A stretch of DNA of 64,000 nucleotides from Octopus sinensis (taxonomy: Eukaryota): NCBI RefSeq assembly GCF_006345805.1, contig NC_042998.1, positions 159,154,001 to 159,218,000 of the forward strand, read 5' to 3'. The translations under genes were made by a program, and so were the position numbers. Below are positions 41,410 to 56,092 of this stretch, in pieces (position 1 is the stretch's first letter; every line of letters starts with the position of its first letter). The notes under the pieces were generated by a model. It ran no database searches and was not told the DNA's origin. It saw nothing but the letters and a program-made list of their open reading frames with translations.

Positions 41410-41990
41410 GTATATGTGTCTGTGTGGATCTTATGACTGTATCGTTACGTATGTGAATGTACTTTTTCCTTATGTGTGAGTCTTTGTGAATGTGCGTATA
41501 CATGAATCTGTGTGTGCGTGGAAGTGTATGTGTGTATGTGTATGCGTTCATGTTTGCTTATCTATGTATGCCTGTTTATATGTATCTGTGTGAGTCTGTA
41601 TATGTTTGTGTATGTGTATCTGCTTCTGTGTCCTTGTATCTGAGTGATTCTGTGTAAGTGTATGCGTCTATATGTCAGTGTGTGTATGTGTGTGTGTGTG
41701 TGAGTGTATCTGTATCTGCACATCCGGGTACATGCGTCCGCTTGCTCTCTACTTGAATATCTGCATCTGCATTATGTGCATGCATGAGACACTATATATT
41801 TGCATATATCGTCGAGTGTATGTAAGTACATACACGCAACCGTATACGCTTACATGTGTGACTGTGCATATGACTTTACTAATTGTACATACCTGCAGCT
41901 ACATGCATCACGTGTGTGTGGCACATGTATGCATATGCATACATGCAGCTACAAGTCTGTGCATGTGTGCATGTCAATTTGTAAGAGTCG
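40940..41990. repeat. Degenerate (TG/TA)-derived low-complexity region
   Basis: Seen directly. Confidence 0.8.
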
Positions 41991-42248
41991 AAATTTATAA
42001 ATGAGAATCAATTTTTCAATTTGATTCTGTTAAAGAAATCTTTATTATTAATTCAGCTGACTTTCTCCAATTCTTTCTATAGTCATATCTTTCTTTATAG
42101 GCTCTCTTCATATACCGTATAGAATAACAGAACAGAGGCAGGATTGAGCGGGATGAAGAGTATAAAGAGATCTAGTGTTGTGTGGAGGACGTGTGGAGGA
42201 GGAGAAGTTGCTGGCCTGATGTGTCTCTCAGTGTCTATGTACGTACGT

Positions 42249-42283
<35 letters not shown>

Positions 42284-43058
42284 TGTGTGTCTGTGTGTGT
42301 GTCTGTGTTTTCTATTTACGTGTAAATGTAGGAGTTTATATTTTTATACGTGAGGGGTGGTATATGTGTGTATGAGTGCAAAGATAGACTCACGATAGGA
42401 ATAAAGCGGATAAGAGAAGAAATACAATATGACAGAGAGATAAAGAGGAAAAGACAGTAGGAAAGAGAGAGAGGAGGAGACAGAAGAGAAAAGAGAGAGG
42501 AGAGAAAAGAGAGATGAGAGAAAGAAGAGAGGAAAGGAAAGCGAGAAGAAGGAGGTAAAATAAGTGTTGGTTAGGTGGTGAGGAAGTTTGCTAGGCAACC
42601 ACGTGGTTCTGGATTCGATCTGATCACGAGTAATGCCTTCTCAAAGGAAGATGGTGGACAGGAACTGAAATATGTACTGTAGTCGATATGACATACATAC
42701 ATACATACATAACATACATACATACATACATTCATGCATACGTACATATGTACATACATAGTCCTAGCCCTACTAAAGCCTTATAAGTAAACCCCTAATT
42801 GTGAGTCTGGATGAGCTTGGTTTTTAGGAAAAAGAAATTAATCAACTGATTTGCACATTACAAATACACTCTCTAAGCGGAACTTTGAAACTATACAAGA
42901 TTTTTGTCAGGTTTACAATGTGACAGTTTTCGTTATCTACAATTCAATTGTGGGGTTTGTGTCTTTGTAAGAAACCAGTTCCTTGCACAGAGAAAGGATT
43001 TAAATAGGTAAAAACAGAAAAAAATACATATACATACATGCATACATACATGCATACA

Positions 43059-43092
<34 letters not shown>

Positions 43093-43118
43093 CACACATA
43101 CATACATACATACATACA

Positions 43119-43149
<31 letters not shown>

Positions 43150-43150
<1 letters not shown>

Positions 43151-43575
43151 GCCGCAAGCATGGCTTTGTGCTATGACGTTCCGGGTTCAGTCCCACTGAG
43201 TGACAACTTGGATAACATCTTCTACTATAGCCCTTAGCCGACTGGAGCTTTTTGAGTGGATTTAGTAGAGAGAAACTGAAAGAATCCCGTCGTTTATGTG
43301 TGTGTGTGTATGTGTGTGTGCACGCGTGAGCGACGGGTGCGTATATCTACATGTTGGTGTCTTTGTGTTTGCGTTTGTCCACCACCACCCCTTGATATCC
43401 AATGTTGGTTTTTTTACATCATCGTTATCTAGCAGTTCGACAAAAGACACCGTTACAATACATATCAGGCCACAAACAAAATAAGCATTGGCGTTGATTT
43501 GTTCGGCTAAGCCCTTCAAGGCAAGTGCTCCAGGATAGCCGCAGTCTAATAACTGAAATAACCAAAATATAAAAG
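43150..43575 (+). mobile_element. SINE family A (diverged)
   Basis: Same modular layout. Confidence 0.8.
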
Positions 43576-44209
43576 CAAATAGACACATACATGGGTCAAC
43601 AAGAGCCATAGTCTCTGTTTCAACTGCTTTTGTCTTTGTCTTTTTTACCATATGCACGTGTTGAGACATGCATAAAACAAAACACAGATCTACACATACG
43701 CTGACCCCAAATGTTTGCACATAAACACACAAACATGCACAAAATCCCTATTGATATTGTAAATTCCAACGAAAGAGGGTTAGATCTAGTTTAGAAATTT
43801 GCTCCTACTCCATTTGCAAGAAATCTAAAATAAAACTAAATAATAACATCCATCCGTCCATACATACATCCATCTATCCATCCATCCATACATACATACC
43901 TACATACATACATACATACATACATACATACTTAAATACATACTTAAATACAAACGTACATACACACGTATGTGCATGCATACATATATGTAGCTACGTT
44001 AAAACGTTGTATGCATTCTGACGAAGCCAATCACCTGAGCAACTCGGGGTGGAGGGGGGGTGCGAATTGTCACTGACAATATTTCCTTTATCAGAATAAA
44101 TTTATTGCTCTTAGAAAAACTGAATGCTCTTTCAGTTATACATGCGTGCGCACACACACAGTCACACACACACTCACACACACACACACACGCACAGACA
44201 CACACACAC

Positions 44210-44520
44210 AGGCGCAGGTAGAGGCGTGTCTGTGTGGTAAGAAGTTTGCTTCTCAGCCATACGGTTCTGGGTTCAGACCTACAGAGTGACACTTTGGGCA
44301 AGTATCTTCTGCTACAGCCCCATACGACAAAAGCTTTGTGATTGTATTTATTAAACGGAAAGAGAATGAAGTCTGTTGTGTGTGTGTATGTATGTGTGCG
44401 CGCGCGTGCGAGTGTGTGTGTGTGGTGTTTGTTTGACGCCCATCACCGCTTGACAACCGGCTTGAAAAAAGTGAGTACCGAGGTCGATTTCTTCGACTTG
44501 CCGTAGTGTAACGACTGAAA
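44210..44520 (+). mobile_element. SINE family A (diverged, 3' truncated)
   Basis: tRNA head and CORE-like segment. Confidence 0.75.
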
Positions 44521-44529
44521 AAAGTATAT

Positions 44530-44755
<226 letters not shown>

Positions 44756-45039
44756 AAACAAACATATACTCATACACGCAGAGACTGATGAGGAGTGAAA
44801 GGGGATGATTACGGAGGTGAGTGAGAGATAAAAAATAATTAATCCCATAGAAGCTGTATTTACCATATCTATCTCGCCATGGAATCTATCAGCTATGAAT
44901 GAACTATTTTTGGCACCATAATAGACATTCACTCTTTAACCAATTGCTAACTGACATGGACATTGTTATTTCAACATTCTCCCATAGATCTTTAATAGTC
45001 CCTCCTCCTGTTCTTTGTATTCATTCCAGCACTATTATA

Positions 45040-45100
<61 letters not shown>

Positions 45101-46145
45101 ATATATATATATATATATATCACCCCCTCTCTTTCTCTCTCTATCTATCTCCCTATCTCTCTCTCTATCTATCTATCTATCTCCCTATCTCTCTCTCTTT
45201 CTCTATCTATCTATCTATCTATCTATTTACCTATTCCTATCTCTGCCGCTCTCTCTCCCTAGTCTCTTCCCCTTCCTCCTCCTCCTTCAATATTCCGATA
45301 TTTCCCTCCTCCCTCCGCACCAACGTCTTATTAATTCTTTTTCTCTCTGTACGCAACGTGTTTCTTTTATTTTATGTATTCCCACATCAGTTATTGATTT
45401 CTAATAGAGATAGCCACAAGTCCATAAACTGTTTGCTTACACATTCATACAACCCCACCACACACACGCACATACACAGAAAAAACATACACACATAAAC
45501 ATAAATATATAAGCATGCATACGCAGACACACACGCACACTCACATACAGTGAAACGAGCGCACAAACATTTATGTAATTTGAATATGAGTGCGTATGCA
45601 TGTGTATTTCTATATGTATGTGTGTGATTGACTAGTATTTTATTTTAGCTATCCGGGAAAGATGAAAGGAAATGACGACAACAGCGGGATTTTAATCTCA
45701 ATATTATAAATGAAGCGATATTTTCCTACATAGGCACAAGGCCATGGATTTTGTGAATGTATTGTGATCGACTTTAAGGATCCAGTGTTTCACAGGTACT
45801 TATTTATCGACCCCGATTCCGGGACGATAAATAGTGGCATAGAAACTCCAGGATTTCAACAACAAAAAATAAAGGTCTAACTAAACATAGATCTCATAAA
45901 GACCTAAAATTCAGTGGTGGTGAGGATTCTATATTATACTAACCCAATATTTGGTAGGTATCTCATTTTATTGATCTTGGAAGGATGAAATGAAAGTTCA
46001 TACTCATTGGGACTTGAGCTCAGTACTTAAAGGGCAGCAACAATATAAAGCCAGGCATTTTCCGTGCCTAGCTTTATTTATCGATTTTAATAATAACGAT
46101 TTCAAATATAGGCACAAGGATTCAAAGTTTGAAGACAGTTATAGT

Positions 46146-46545
46146 CAGTAGCGTAACTGGGGGGGGGGGGCAAGGAGGAACGTGCCCCGGGCGCCGATTG
46201 AAGGGGGGCGTCTCATCAAAAGCAAGAAATATGAGACTTTAAACAATAGCATTTTTTTTATTACATCGCATTTCACACAGGTTTTTTTAATATTACAATC
46301 GGAGAAGCTGGCTGATGCATTAAATGATTAATAAAGGAGGTTTCGTAAAAGTAAACGTTCAAAAAATATATTTCGGATTACAGGCTGTACAGAATCGGCA
46401 GGTAGATGAACCCTGGTAAAATATTGCTTTAAAACATTAATTACTAGTAACAAATAAGTACTATATAGTATCGTGGATTTTGTAATGGAGGGAGGCACAT
46501 TTTTGCGGCTTGCCCCGGGCGTGGTTTATCCTATCTACGCCACTG
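46146..46545. mobile_element. hAT-type MITE
   Basis: TIRs CAGTAGCGTA.../...TACGCCACTG, 8-bp target-site duplication (TSD) gttatagt/ggtatagt, subterminal GCCCCGGGCG repeats. Confidence 0.8.
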
Positions 46546-46699
46546 GGTATAGTCGCTTAAGATCTTAAGGGACTATTGCCTTTTTATCAGAACCAGAAGA
46601 AAAAAAAACGGTGCTGTCAACATTGGTGGTATTTGAACACAGAACGAATAAATATGTAACTCAAAACCTCAAGGTATTTGGCCGACTGCTTTATTAATA

Positions 46700-46915
46700 A
46701 TAGTTTCAATTTTTGCTACAGGTCAGCAGTTTTTGAGCAGAGTGATAAGTCGATTACATCGAACTTAGTACTTGTCTGATTCTTATTTAATCGACCTCGA
46801 AAGGATGAAAGGCTAAGTCGACCGCAACGGAATTTGAACTTAGAACGCAAGAACGAACGAAATGTCACTAAGCATTTTATCCGACATGCAAACGGTTCTG
46901 CCAGGTTACCGCCTC
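46700..46915 (-). mobile_element. SINE family B
   Basis: Same motifs. Further decayed copies lie at ~7500-7660, 31010-31200, 37850-38030, 45640-46100 and 49160-49320. Confidence 0.75.
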
Positions 46916-47094
46916 GGACACTTTATTAATAGTTGAAGCAGAAACTGTAAACAGGTGGACTAAATTCTATAAATTATTTTAGTATTATTCTTTCGCGTTT
47001 GATACTAGGGATGTCTTTACCATTTCTGTCATAAGTGGTTGTCCCAAGAATGTACTGGGTACATTGTTATGTATTTTTTTCACATTTGTAAGCA

Positions 47095-47290
47095 ATTCGA
47101 GACCGTGCCAAGTGGCAGTGTTCCATCACCATCGGAAACAAAATCTTCGAAGCAACCAGAAGAGTAAATGAAGAAATCAAACGGCAGGAAAGAAAGGCTT
47201 GACAAAATAAACCACGTCCTCCACCAACATTACCATGCAGTCAATGACATCGACTCATCTATGCAAGAATTGGTCTATTAAGTTATCAAC
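47095..47290 (+). pseudogene. RTE-like LINE 3' end fragment
   Basis: DRAKWQCSIT...FEATRR...TLPCSQ*HRL...ARIG-like C-terminal zinc motif. Confidence 0.45.
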
Positions 47291-49789
47291 GCCATCACCA
47301 TAAAGAAACTAAATTCTCGAATACAAGATAAAGCGAATGTGAACAATTTTTGGCATTATATCAATGTAAAGATATTGTTACTATTTGCACAAATTAAAGA
47401 ACAACGAACTAAATATTTTAGGGCTTTTTTTTTTTGTAAGTTAAGAGGTGATGCATTGAATGCTGATAGCAAAAAATTCTTAATTATTTAAAAAAAATTT
47501 TTAAGTTCGAGAGAGAAAAGCACACAACTTATCAACAACTGTTAGTGACTAGCAAAGAAAAGGGGAAGATAACTTCAAGCACTTAAGAATTACTCTCTTA
47601 AATTAACAATAAGAATAAAAGTTTGACCTTAGCTTGCAGCTAAGGAATAAGTGTAGATATTTTTCTCCCTGTTAGATTTCATTAGCATAGTATAGTCAAC
47701 ACGTCTTCATATGTTGATAAAGAGTTATAACTAGTAAAAGAGTTACAAATAAGGATTAGGTAGTATAATTTGCATAATCTAAACAGTAAATTCAGCTAAA
47801 AGGTGTAATTCAAACGAGCCAACGGTATGAATTTGATAAATATTATTTATAATGTGTATAACAACATTTACTGCTGTTTCTATGTTCTGAGTACAGTAAC
47901 TATATAGGGTCATTAAGGAAATAATGGTCATCCTATACTGCTGTCAGATCGTTTGTCTATATTATAAAATGTGTTGCCCATTGCTAATGTAAGAAATCAG
48001 GAGTCCAGCGAAAGAAGAAAATGGTCAATCCAGGCCTTTCGCTATGTGTCTGGGTAAAACTTCTAAAAGCTACTTATCGCAGTTCTTTTTTCCCCTCTAT
48101 TTTACACTAAGAAAGCTAATTTGTGGTACAATGAAGGTGCCTCTACATGATTGTTTGACCTGCAGGAAATACACAGATTTTCTTCAAATCACATCATATT
48201 TTGGATATTTTGGTGATGTAGTTCTGGAAAATATTTGTTTAAAAAGTAAAAGAATGGATGATCACGAAGGGAATACTTTTGATCATATGTCAGCTCGGTC
48301 GTGGATTCCCAAAACAGCATCTACTATACATCTTTGAGTTAAATCAACGTCACTTGTACACATGCTAAAAGTAATTAAAGACACGAGTACTTTACATTTC
48401 TTTTATTTTAAAACACCATGTAACTCAAATTATAATATTTACTACGATCCTCTACGTTCTGAATTCAAATCCAGGCGCAGTCAGCTTTAAATTTCATCCT
48501 TCAGAGGCCAATAAGATAGAGTTCTATAGAAATACTGGGATCAGTTTTTGGTCTTATAATGTATCCAAGATGTGAATGAAATTAAAATAGAAGCCGAGAC
48601 GACTTTTCACCAAAGCACTACATAACTCCGGATTATAGACAAGTCTCTTTTCGCTCTCACTTTGAAGCACTACTTAAGCAGAAACAAAAGCCTAGTACTT
48701 TCTGTCACTACAAGGCACAATATAACTACTGGATAAGCCAAAACACTGCACCATCATGATTTAAACTGGAACAAAAAACCAGCACCTTCTATCATTACAG
48801 AGCACTAATTAGCCACAGTTTAAGAACAGAAAGCCGTGCTCACATCAGAACATTGCAAACGCTTCAACTAAATTACCTCAAGTGTCTTGTACTTTCACTT
48901 TCACGGTGATAAAATTACAGAGCTCAGTCTAGTCTCATCTGTTTTCACTGCAAAGCAATTCAAAACCCACGATCAAATATACTTTGATCCTCTCATATCC
49001 GTAATCTTACGATCTGGCCATCACCGGATTAAGAGAAAATGTTAGAAAACAGAATCTAACCCTCAAGTTTCAGATTCTGTAAATAGAGTTTAACTATCTC
49101 ATTCTATTAAAGCTAGAACATTGCTTAAAACAGAAATACAACTCATAGTTGTTTCTATTACAGGCCTAAAATTTAAGAGGAAGGGGCTAACCGATTACAT
49201 CGATTCGACTGTACTTAGTCGTCGAGCACAAAAAGATGAAAGGTAAAGTCGATCTCGGCGGAATTTGAACTCAGAAGATAAGGACGGGCGAAATGCTGCT
49301 AAGCATTTTGTCCGGCATGTAATAATGTTTGCATACAAAATATTTTGCTACATATACTAAAAAAGGACTAGCAGAAAATTCTATACAGATATTCCTTCAT
49401 TTCATTTCAAGTAAAAATAGTTATTTGTACGTACGCTTATTAGCACTCCCGCCTTTATTCGCTTCTCTCAGTACTTTGGACGATATCCTGAAGCATTAAA
49501 ATGCAACTACATATCAGAAAGATGCGGAACTATATCATCTAGACACTTAGCTGCAGAAAACAAAGTTTGGTGACTAACAGCCCGACCTTACTAGAGGATC
49601 AACAAACTAATGGTAGCAAATTCAAAAACGTGCCGACCATGAAAGATCAGATTTAAGAAGTTCAGCTTGTCTAGCATCCCTTACTTTCATTTTCATTATT
49701 AAGTATTATTATAGCTCACCGGTACACAGACTAATCTCCTGGAGATTAGCATCCTGGACTTGCTTGCACTTACTACAAAACACAAAATA

Positions 49790-49871
49790 TCCAAACATTA
49801 CCTTCACCACAGTCATCATCGCAACCACTGCCATCACCACCACCACTACCACCACCACCACAGCCGCCACC

Positions 49872-49929
<58 letters not shown>

Positions 49930-50338
49930 CCACCACCACCACCACCACCATCACAATCACCATTATGATTATCAAACCCGATTATCATTATAAGCATGAT
50001 TATAATCAACATCTTTATCAGCTTGACGATAGAATTGCTAATTCACCATAAAACGTATGATTCTTTTATGTTCCTGTTTGCACCAAAACCCGACCCAACA
50101 ACCACCATTCCTCACCATCGCCACGAGCAACAATACCAAAAGCCACCGCCATATTGCTACAACTACGAACAACAACAACAACAACATAATTAGTACCATT
50201 ACCATCACTAGCAACACAACCACCACAACAATATCACAACTAAACCGATACTACGGCCACGATCAACACAAATTACAGCAACAGCCACCACCACCATCAC
50301 TATCATTGCTTCCATCACTTCCATCACCGTTCCACAGT

Positions 50339-50418
<80 letters not shown>

Positions 50419-51238
50419 ATAGCGGCGGCGGCGGTGGTGGTGGTGGTGGTGATGGTAACACCACCTCCACCATGCCGTCCCGCCATCATCATCATAATCA
50501 TCATCAGCGTCATCCCCATTACAACCCATGTCCATTAACTCAATCGTCAAACACTGCCACTGCCACCGCCGCCACCAGCATCAAACAGCAATCATCTCTA
50601 CTACTACTCTAATTTCTTAACATTATCACCACCACTGCCCACTCCACCACTACCACTGTAACCGCCATATTCACTACTACCACCAAAACCATCACCACCA
50701 CCATCGCTTCCACCAACACCATCACTATCACCACTACCATCGCCATCATCAACGTCAATATCACCACCACCACCACCACCACTACCAGTGCATCGCCTTT
50801 ACCACCATCACTATCTCCTCCGCCATCACCACTACCACCGCCACCAGCAGGAGCACACCGCCATTACTGTAAAACTTATTCAGGTACTAAAGGAAATATA
50901 TTGATTCAATCGCTGTAGGTATTTATCGTGTATCTTCTCTATGTTCTTAGTGATTTCAAGAAGTATTGTCAATGTAATGAGCTTAATTCACTCAGTGAAT
51001 CTCGTCAGATGATTTCTGCCCTGTCCCGCCTCACATTCTCTTGCTCTTCTTGTATTAACTTTACGCTATTACATAGATAGCCTCGTCAGACGGCTTGGCT
51101 TGGACAGCTCAACACCACACTTGCTTATCACCATCACCGACTCCGCAACACAACCACCATGACTGCTTTTATATAAATACACACACAGACACAGACACAC
51201 ACACACATACACATACATACACACACAGATGGATAGAT

Positions 51239-51321
<83 letters not shown>

Positions 51322-51352
51322 CAGATAGACAGATAGATAGATAGATAGATAG

Positions 51353-51422
<70 letters not shown>

Positions 51423-51661
51423 TAACTGCAATTACTATTACGACCACTACAGCTGTCAGAAACTATTAACAAAACCACCACCACCACAAATGATATCATT
51501 ACTACCACTTCAGCTATCGCTACTTTTACCACTAGTGCCTTCACCACTACCAACACCGCCACTGCTATAGATATTGCTTTCAACACCAACAGCCAACTCG
51601 TCTTTCAAAACCATTGAGACCATCTTCAGTATCTCTCCACTCCAATCACTGCTGCTGCTAT

Positions 51662-51705
<44 letters not shown>

Positions 51706-51765
51706 GTAGTAGTACTACTACTACATCTACTGTTGCTGCTACAACGACGACAACGATGACGATAA
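49790..51765. repeat. ~2-kb compound trinucleotide low-complexity tract (CAC/CAT/AAC/TAG/TAC) with a GATA array
   Basis: Seen directly. Confidence 0.9.
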
Positions 51766-51821
51766 CCAATAATTTCAACATCACCACCAACTTCAATATC
51801 GCCAAAATTACTGTCAAGAAT

Positions 51822-52430
51822 GGCTTCAAATTTTTGGCATAAGGCCAGCAAGTTTGAGAGAGGGGTAAGTTGATTACGCTGATCCCGAGTCCTGAACTGG
51901 TACTTATTTCATTGACCCCAAAAGGATGAAAGCAAAGTTGACAGGTAGAATTCGAACTCAGAACGCAAAGACGGGAGAAATGCTGCTAAGTATTTTGCCC
52001 GGCGTGCTAACAATGCTACCAGCTCGCCGCCTTTTCCTTTACAATCAATATTTCTTTGGCGGTGAGTCGGCAGAATCGTTAGCACGCTAGACAAAATGCT
52101 TAGCAGCATTTCGTTCGTTTTTCCGTTCTGAGTTCAAATCCCTCCGAGGTTAGCTTTGCCTTTAATCCCTTTCGTGGTTGATAGAATAAGTACTAGTTAA
52201 GCACTGTGGTCAATCAAATCGACTTGGTTCCACTCCCGAAAGTGCTGACCTGGAGCCAAAATTTGAAACTAGTATTAACATTTCCTTAAAGTGGTGAGCT
52301 GGCATAACAGTTAGCACGCCGGACAAAATGCTTAGTGCCATTTCGTCCACCTTTACGTTCTAAGTTCAAATTAACCCTTCAGATAAAATTTCCGGCCTTA
52401 TGCCAAAATTTGAAACCAATATTACAGTTA
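51822..52430. mobile_element. Head-to-head SINE family B copies (- at 51822-52030; + at 52055-52430)
   Basis: ccagctcgccgcc...(~26 nt)...ggcggtgagtcggcag. Confidence 0.85.
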
Positions 52431-52464
52431 CTTGTGCATAGCCACCAAGACTTAAACCAGCTAT

Positions 52465-52502
<38 letters not shown>

Positions 52503-53262
52503 CGAGGGAAGCCTCAATGTGGTTGCTCCATCTGCGAAAAGAGTAGCCAAATTTCAAATCGCACTTTGCAGTCTTATGATTAAACACATTCAACGAATGT
52601 GGTCCAATGTGGTCCTCTCTATATGTGTATATGTGTGCGTATGGTTGTGCATGTATATATGTATACCTTCATACATTCATAAACACACACACACATACGC
52701 GCACACGCACACACGCACACACACACACATACAAACACACACATACATACATACATATATACATACATACATACATACATACATACATACATACATACAT
52801 ACATACATACAGGTATATCGAATACTATACAATATAAATTCTTCATTATCAAAAATATCGTCTCCTCTGCAAATGTGTCATAATCAACAAACGACGATAG
52901 AGGAGAGGTCTACACGAGAAGGGGAGATAATCAAGATTTGACATACTATTAAGGAAAAGAACATGCTTCTGGCTAATGGTTATATTTACATGCTGAAATC
53001 TACCCGTAAATAATTGTTGTTTTTTTTTAAAAAACCATTAAAGATATTATTTATTCTTATATTACTAATTGGAATTTTTCACTCCCTTATGACAACCAAT
53101 AGTTCTATTTCTAAAGAACTATTTTTGTAATACGCGTGGTAATATTTTGGAGGGAAAATTGCCGATTCATTCGTCTGTATATGTTTGGCTTATGCTTGCT
53201 TTCTTCTACTATTCCGATGTCGCCTGATCGGGAAGTGGAGGTACGTAGCATTTTAGTAGAGG

Positions 53263-53319
53263 TTTACGCTGATGAAAGACATGGAGTTTATATTCCTAAT
53301 CTAGAAACGCGTTCGTAAA
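53263..53319 (+). ncRNA. Type I hammerhead in a solo pLTR-like segment; helix II eroded
   Basis: tttacg-CTGATGA-aagacatggag tttata ttcctaatcta-GAAA-CGCG-TT-cgtaaa. Perfect 6-bp helix I and palindrome AACGCGTT. Confidence 0.7.
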
Positions 53320-53673
53320 TAACTATTAGACATTGTTTTCCTTATTTCTTCCTTCTGTTTTGCATATGCGAATTGCAGGGATATGTCATATGTGGAGTCT
53401 CATTTGTAGAAAATAGAAATAAACAGTCTTTGAGTGCTATTTCTAATCTTTCGGTATGTGGCTACGCAACCTGTTGCCTGCCTCTCTTATGTATATACAA
53501 ATATATATATATATATATATTTAATTTTATTTGTTAGGGAATAAAAATTCCGGTATAACAGGGGTTCAAATTATTCTCAATGAGAAAATATATATTTTCA
53601 TTTAGAGATAGTAGGCCCCTTCATCTCACCATATAACAGAAATTTAATTTAAATACTTACTACTGTATAACTT

Positions 53674-53768
53674 GGCTACACGCGTTTCATGGGGTACATT
53701 TCCCGGTTCCTTAACCACGCCGTATTTTGCTGGAACCATTCATAAAATATAACCCCAATCATCAGGCC
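53674..53768 (-). ncRNA. Type I hammerhead in the 3' pLTR, with extended helix II
   Basis: Minus strand: ggc-CTGATGA-ttggggttatatttt...ggttcc...ggaacc...gaaatgtaccccat-GAAA-C-GCGT-G-TA-gcc. Confidence 0.75.
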
Positions 53769-54569
53769 CCTATCTCACTTTTTCATAGTTTGATACTATA
53801 AACCATATTTTAATTTTTTGAACAAATAAGTATGTGTAAAATAGGTTCACCGTAAAACCCATAATTTAATTCAAATAAAAAGTTACAAAAATAAAAATAA
53901 AAACTTACAAAAATAAAACTTACAGAAATAAAATGAAAAATAAAGATGAAAATAAAAAATACGAATAAAAATAAAAATTTACAAAAACTATGTTCTTACG
54001 TAACTTATGCCTATAAATATGAAATTAATAATATATAGGGTTAAAAATAAATATATATACTTGTGATGATATAAAATGATATAAAATGAAAGGAATGGCA
54101 AAAATATATTCGAATAAAAATGGAAGCAATGACGAATAAATATTTTCGAATAAAAACTATAGTACGAATGACGAAATGCAAAATTTACAAATGATACGAA
54201 TGATAATAATTAAAAATTTACAAAGTAAAAATAACTTAAGGGTAACGTAAAGGAGTATATACAAATCACTGTTGACTCCATTGTCCTCCTACGTCTTAAT
54301 TACGGCTTGACATCGCAAGGTCCAGCGAACTGCACACACACCTCCTTCCTGCTTCTTTTAAACTATTACTAAATTAACATATTATCTTAATAGTAAACAT
54401 AGTCCACGAAAATACAAAAAAGTATCCTGGGAACATTACTTTTTTTATTTCGTATTATTCTGCATTATTCCCACCCTTTAATCACTCACACCGCACTGCT
54501 ATTCCTCCCCACATCTAATGGTAAGTTAATTTAACCTAGTAGTTTCATATTAAATAATAATAGTATTAA

Positions 54570-55620
54570 TAATACTTACGCTTAAATTTAGGATTAGGCG
54601 TTATTAATTAGGCATTTCAGTCTATGTTTACATTTAATTTTTCTTTCCTCCTGAGCATAATAAATGATTCTATTGTATTAGTGATATCTTTAATAATATT
54701 AACTTTAACTTGAGTACCATATGAGACTATCAACCATATAATTTTATTATTATTTTTATTTATATTTATATTATTAATCTCCATATCTTTATTTACACAA
54801 GTTTTATCCATAATGTCTCCATGAATTCATAGGTACATAACAAACATGACCTATTTCCAATTCTATACGATTTCGCTTTACATATTATCTCCCACTTTAA
54901 TTCATAATTGATTTCTTTCGACTTTAAACTCCAAACGTATTTACTTAGTCCTGTCGAATTCCTAAGTTTTACATGAAATCAAGTGCTGTTCTATTCGTTG
55001 TTTCATTTTGTCGAACCTATATACGTTCTATCTGGATAATTTCCAATATCCGGATTATTTATTCCACAATTTTCATTTCTATCTACTTTTACAGAAACTA
55101 CACATGTATATACTACATCACTAACATTACATCTTCCTTTATGTTACATTGGTTTTTATCTCTACAGTTACAACTATTACAGTCTCCAGCACTCCTATTC
55201 AGATGCTTATTTAATTTATTATAATAATATTTATTCAGCCCATACTTACTTATTGATGAAATAATATTCCCTACATTGTTAGTAGTTGACTACCCCACTC
55301 CTATATTATTTTTAGAGAATATTTCGATATATTTCTTATTTTCCATAATAAATGATTCTATTGTATTAGTGATATCTTTAATAATATTAATTTTAACTTG
55401 AGTACCATATGGGACTATCAACCATATAATTTTATTATTATTTTTATTTATGTTTATATTATTAATCCCCATATCTTTATTTACACAAGTCTTGTTATTC
55501 TCTTCTATATTATTTAAAGTATTGTATCCATTATGATTTTCTTTTAATTTTAAATCCTTCCCCATTAAACTCAACCTATCCATATACTTTATACCATTTA
55601 TATTTTTCCTGTTTTTTTAT
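54570..55620 (-). pseudogene. PLE ORF C-terminus: post-RT linker plus GIY-YIG endonuclease with Cys motifs, broken by stops and frameshifts
   Basis: Hand translation: KIIWLIVPYGTQVKINIIKD...IEIFSKNNIGVG*STTNNVGNIISS...CNCRDKNQC/GRCNVSDVVYTCVV...RTYIGSTK/MKQRIEQH...STGLSKYVWSLKSKEINYELKWEIICKAKSYRIGNRSCLLC. This matches the PLE pattern IIWFNPPF...SYSCMxN...CNCR...VVY...YIG...T-LSKY-W-LK...W-I...C-LC. Confidence 0.85.
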
Positions 55621-55997
55621 CATCTTGAATTCCATAGCATTACGGTGTGTTATCCTATTATTACTATTATAATATTATTTTCATTTTATATCATTTTATA
55701 TCATCACAAGTATATATTTTTATTTTTAACCCTACATATTATTAATTTCATATTTATAGGCATAAGTTACGTAAGAACATAGTTTTTGTAAATTTTTATT
55801 TTTATTCGTATTTTTTATTTTTATTTTTATTTGTCATTTTATTTTTGTAAGATTTCATTTTTTATTTTTGTAACTTTTTATTTGAATTAAATCATGGCTT
55901 GTACAGTAGGGTCCGGCGAACCTATTTTACAAATACTTATTTGTTTAAAAAATTAAAATATAGTTTATAGTATCAAACTATGAGAAAGTGAGATAGG

Positions 55998-56092
55998 GGC
56001 CTGATGATTGGGGTTATATTTTATGAATGGTTCCAGCAAAACACAGCGTGGTTAAGGAACCGGGAAATGTACCTCATTAAACATGTGTAGCC
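55998..56092 (+). ncRNA. Degenerate hammerhead in the inverted pLTR
   Basis: ggc-CTGATGA...acctcat-TAAA (G12 to T)-C-ATGT-G-TA-gcc. Confidence 0.6.

Noticed and set aside
44018-44060. CTGACGAagcc motif like the 33-kb HHR head
   Set aside because: No matching GAAA or helix I downstream.
48600-49150. Possible I/Jockey-type LINE RT remnant
   Set aside because: Only a faint IYRALI...TLQTLQ resemblance.
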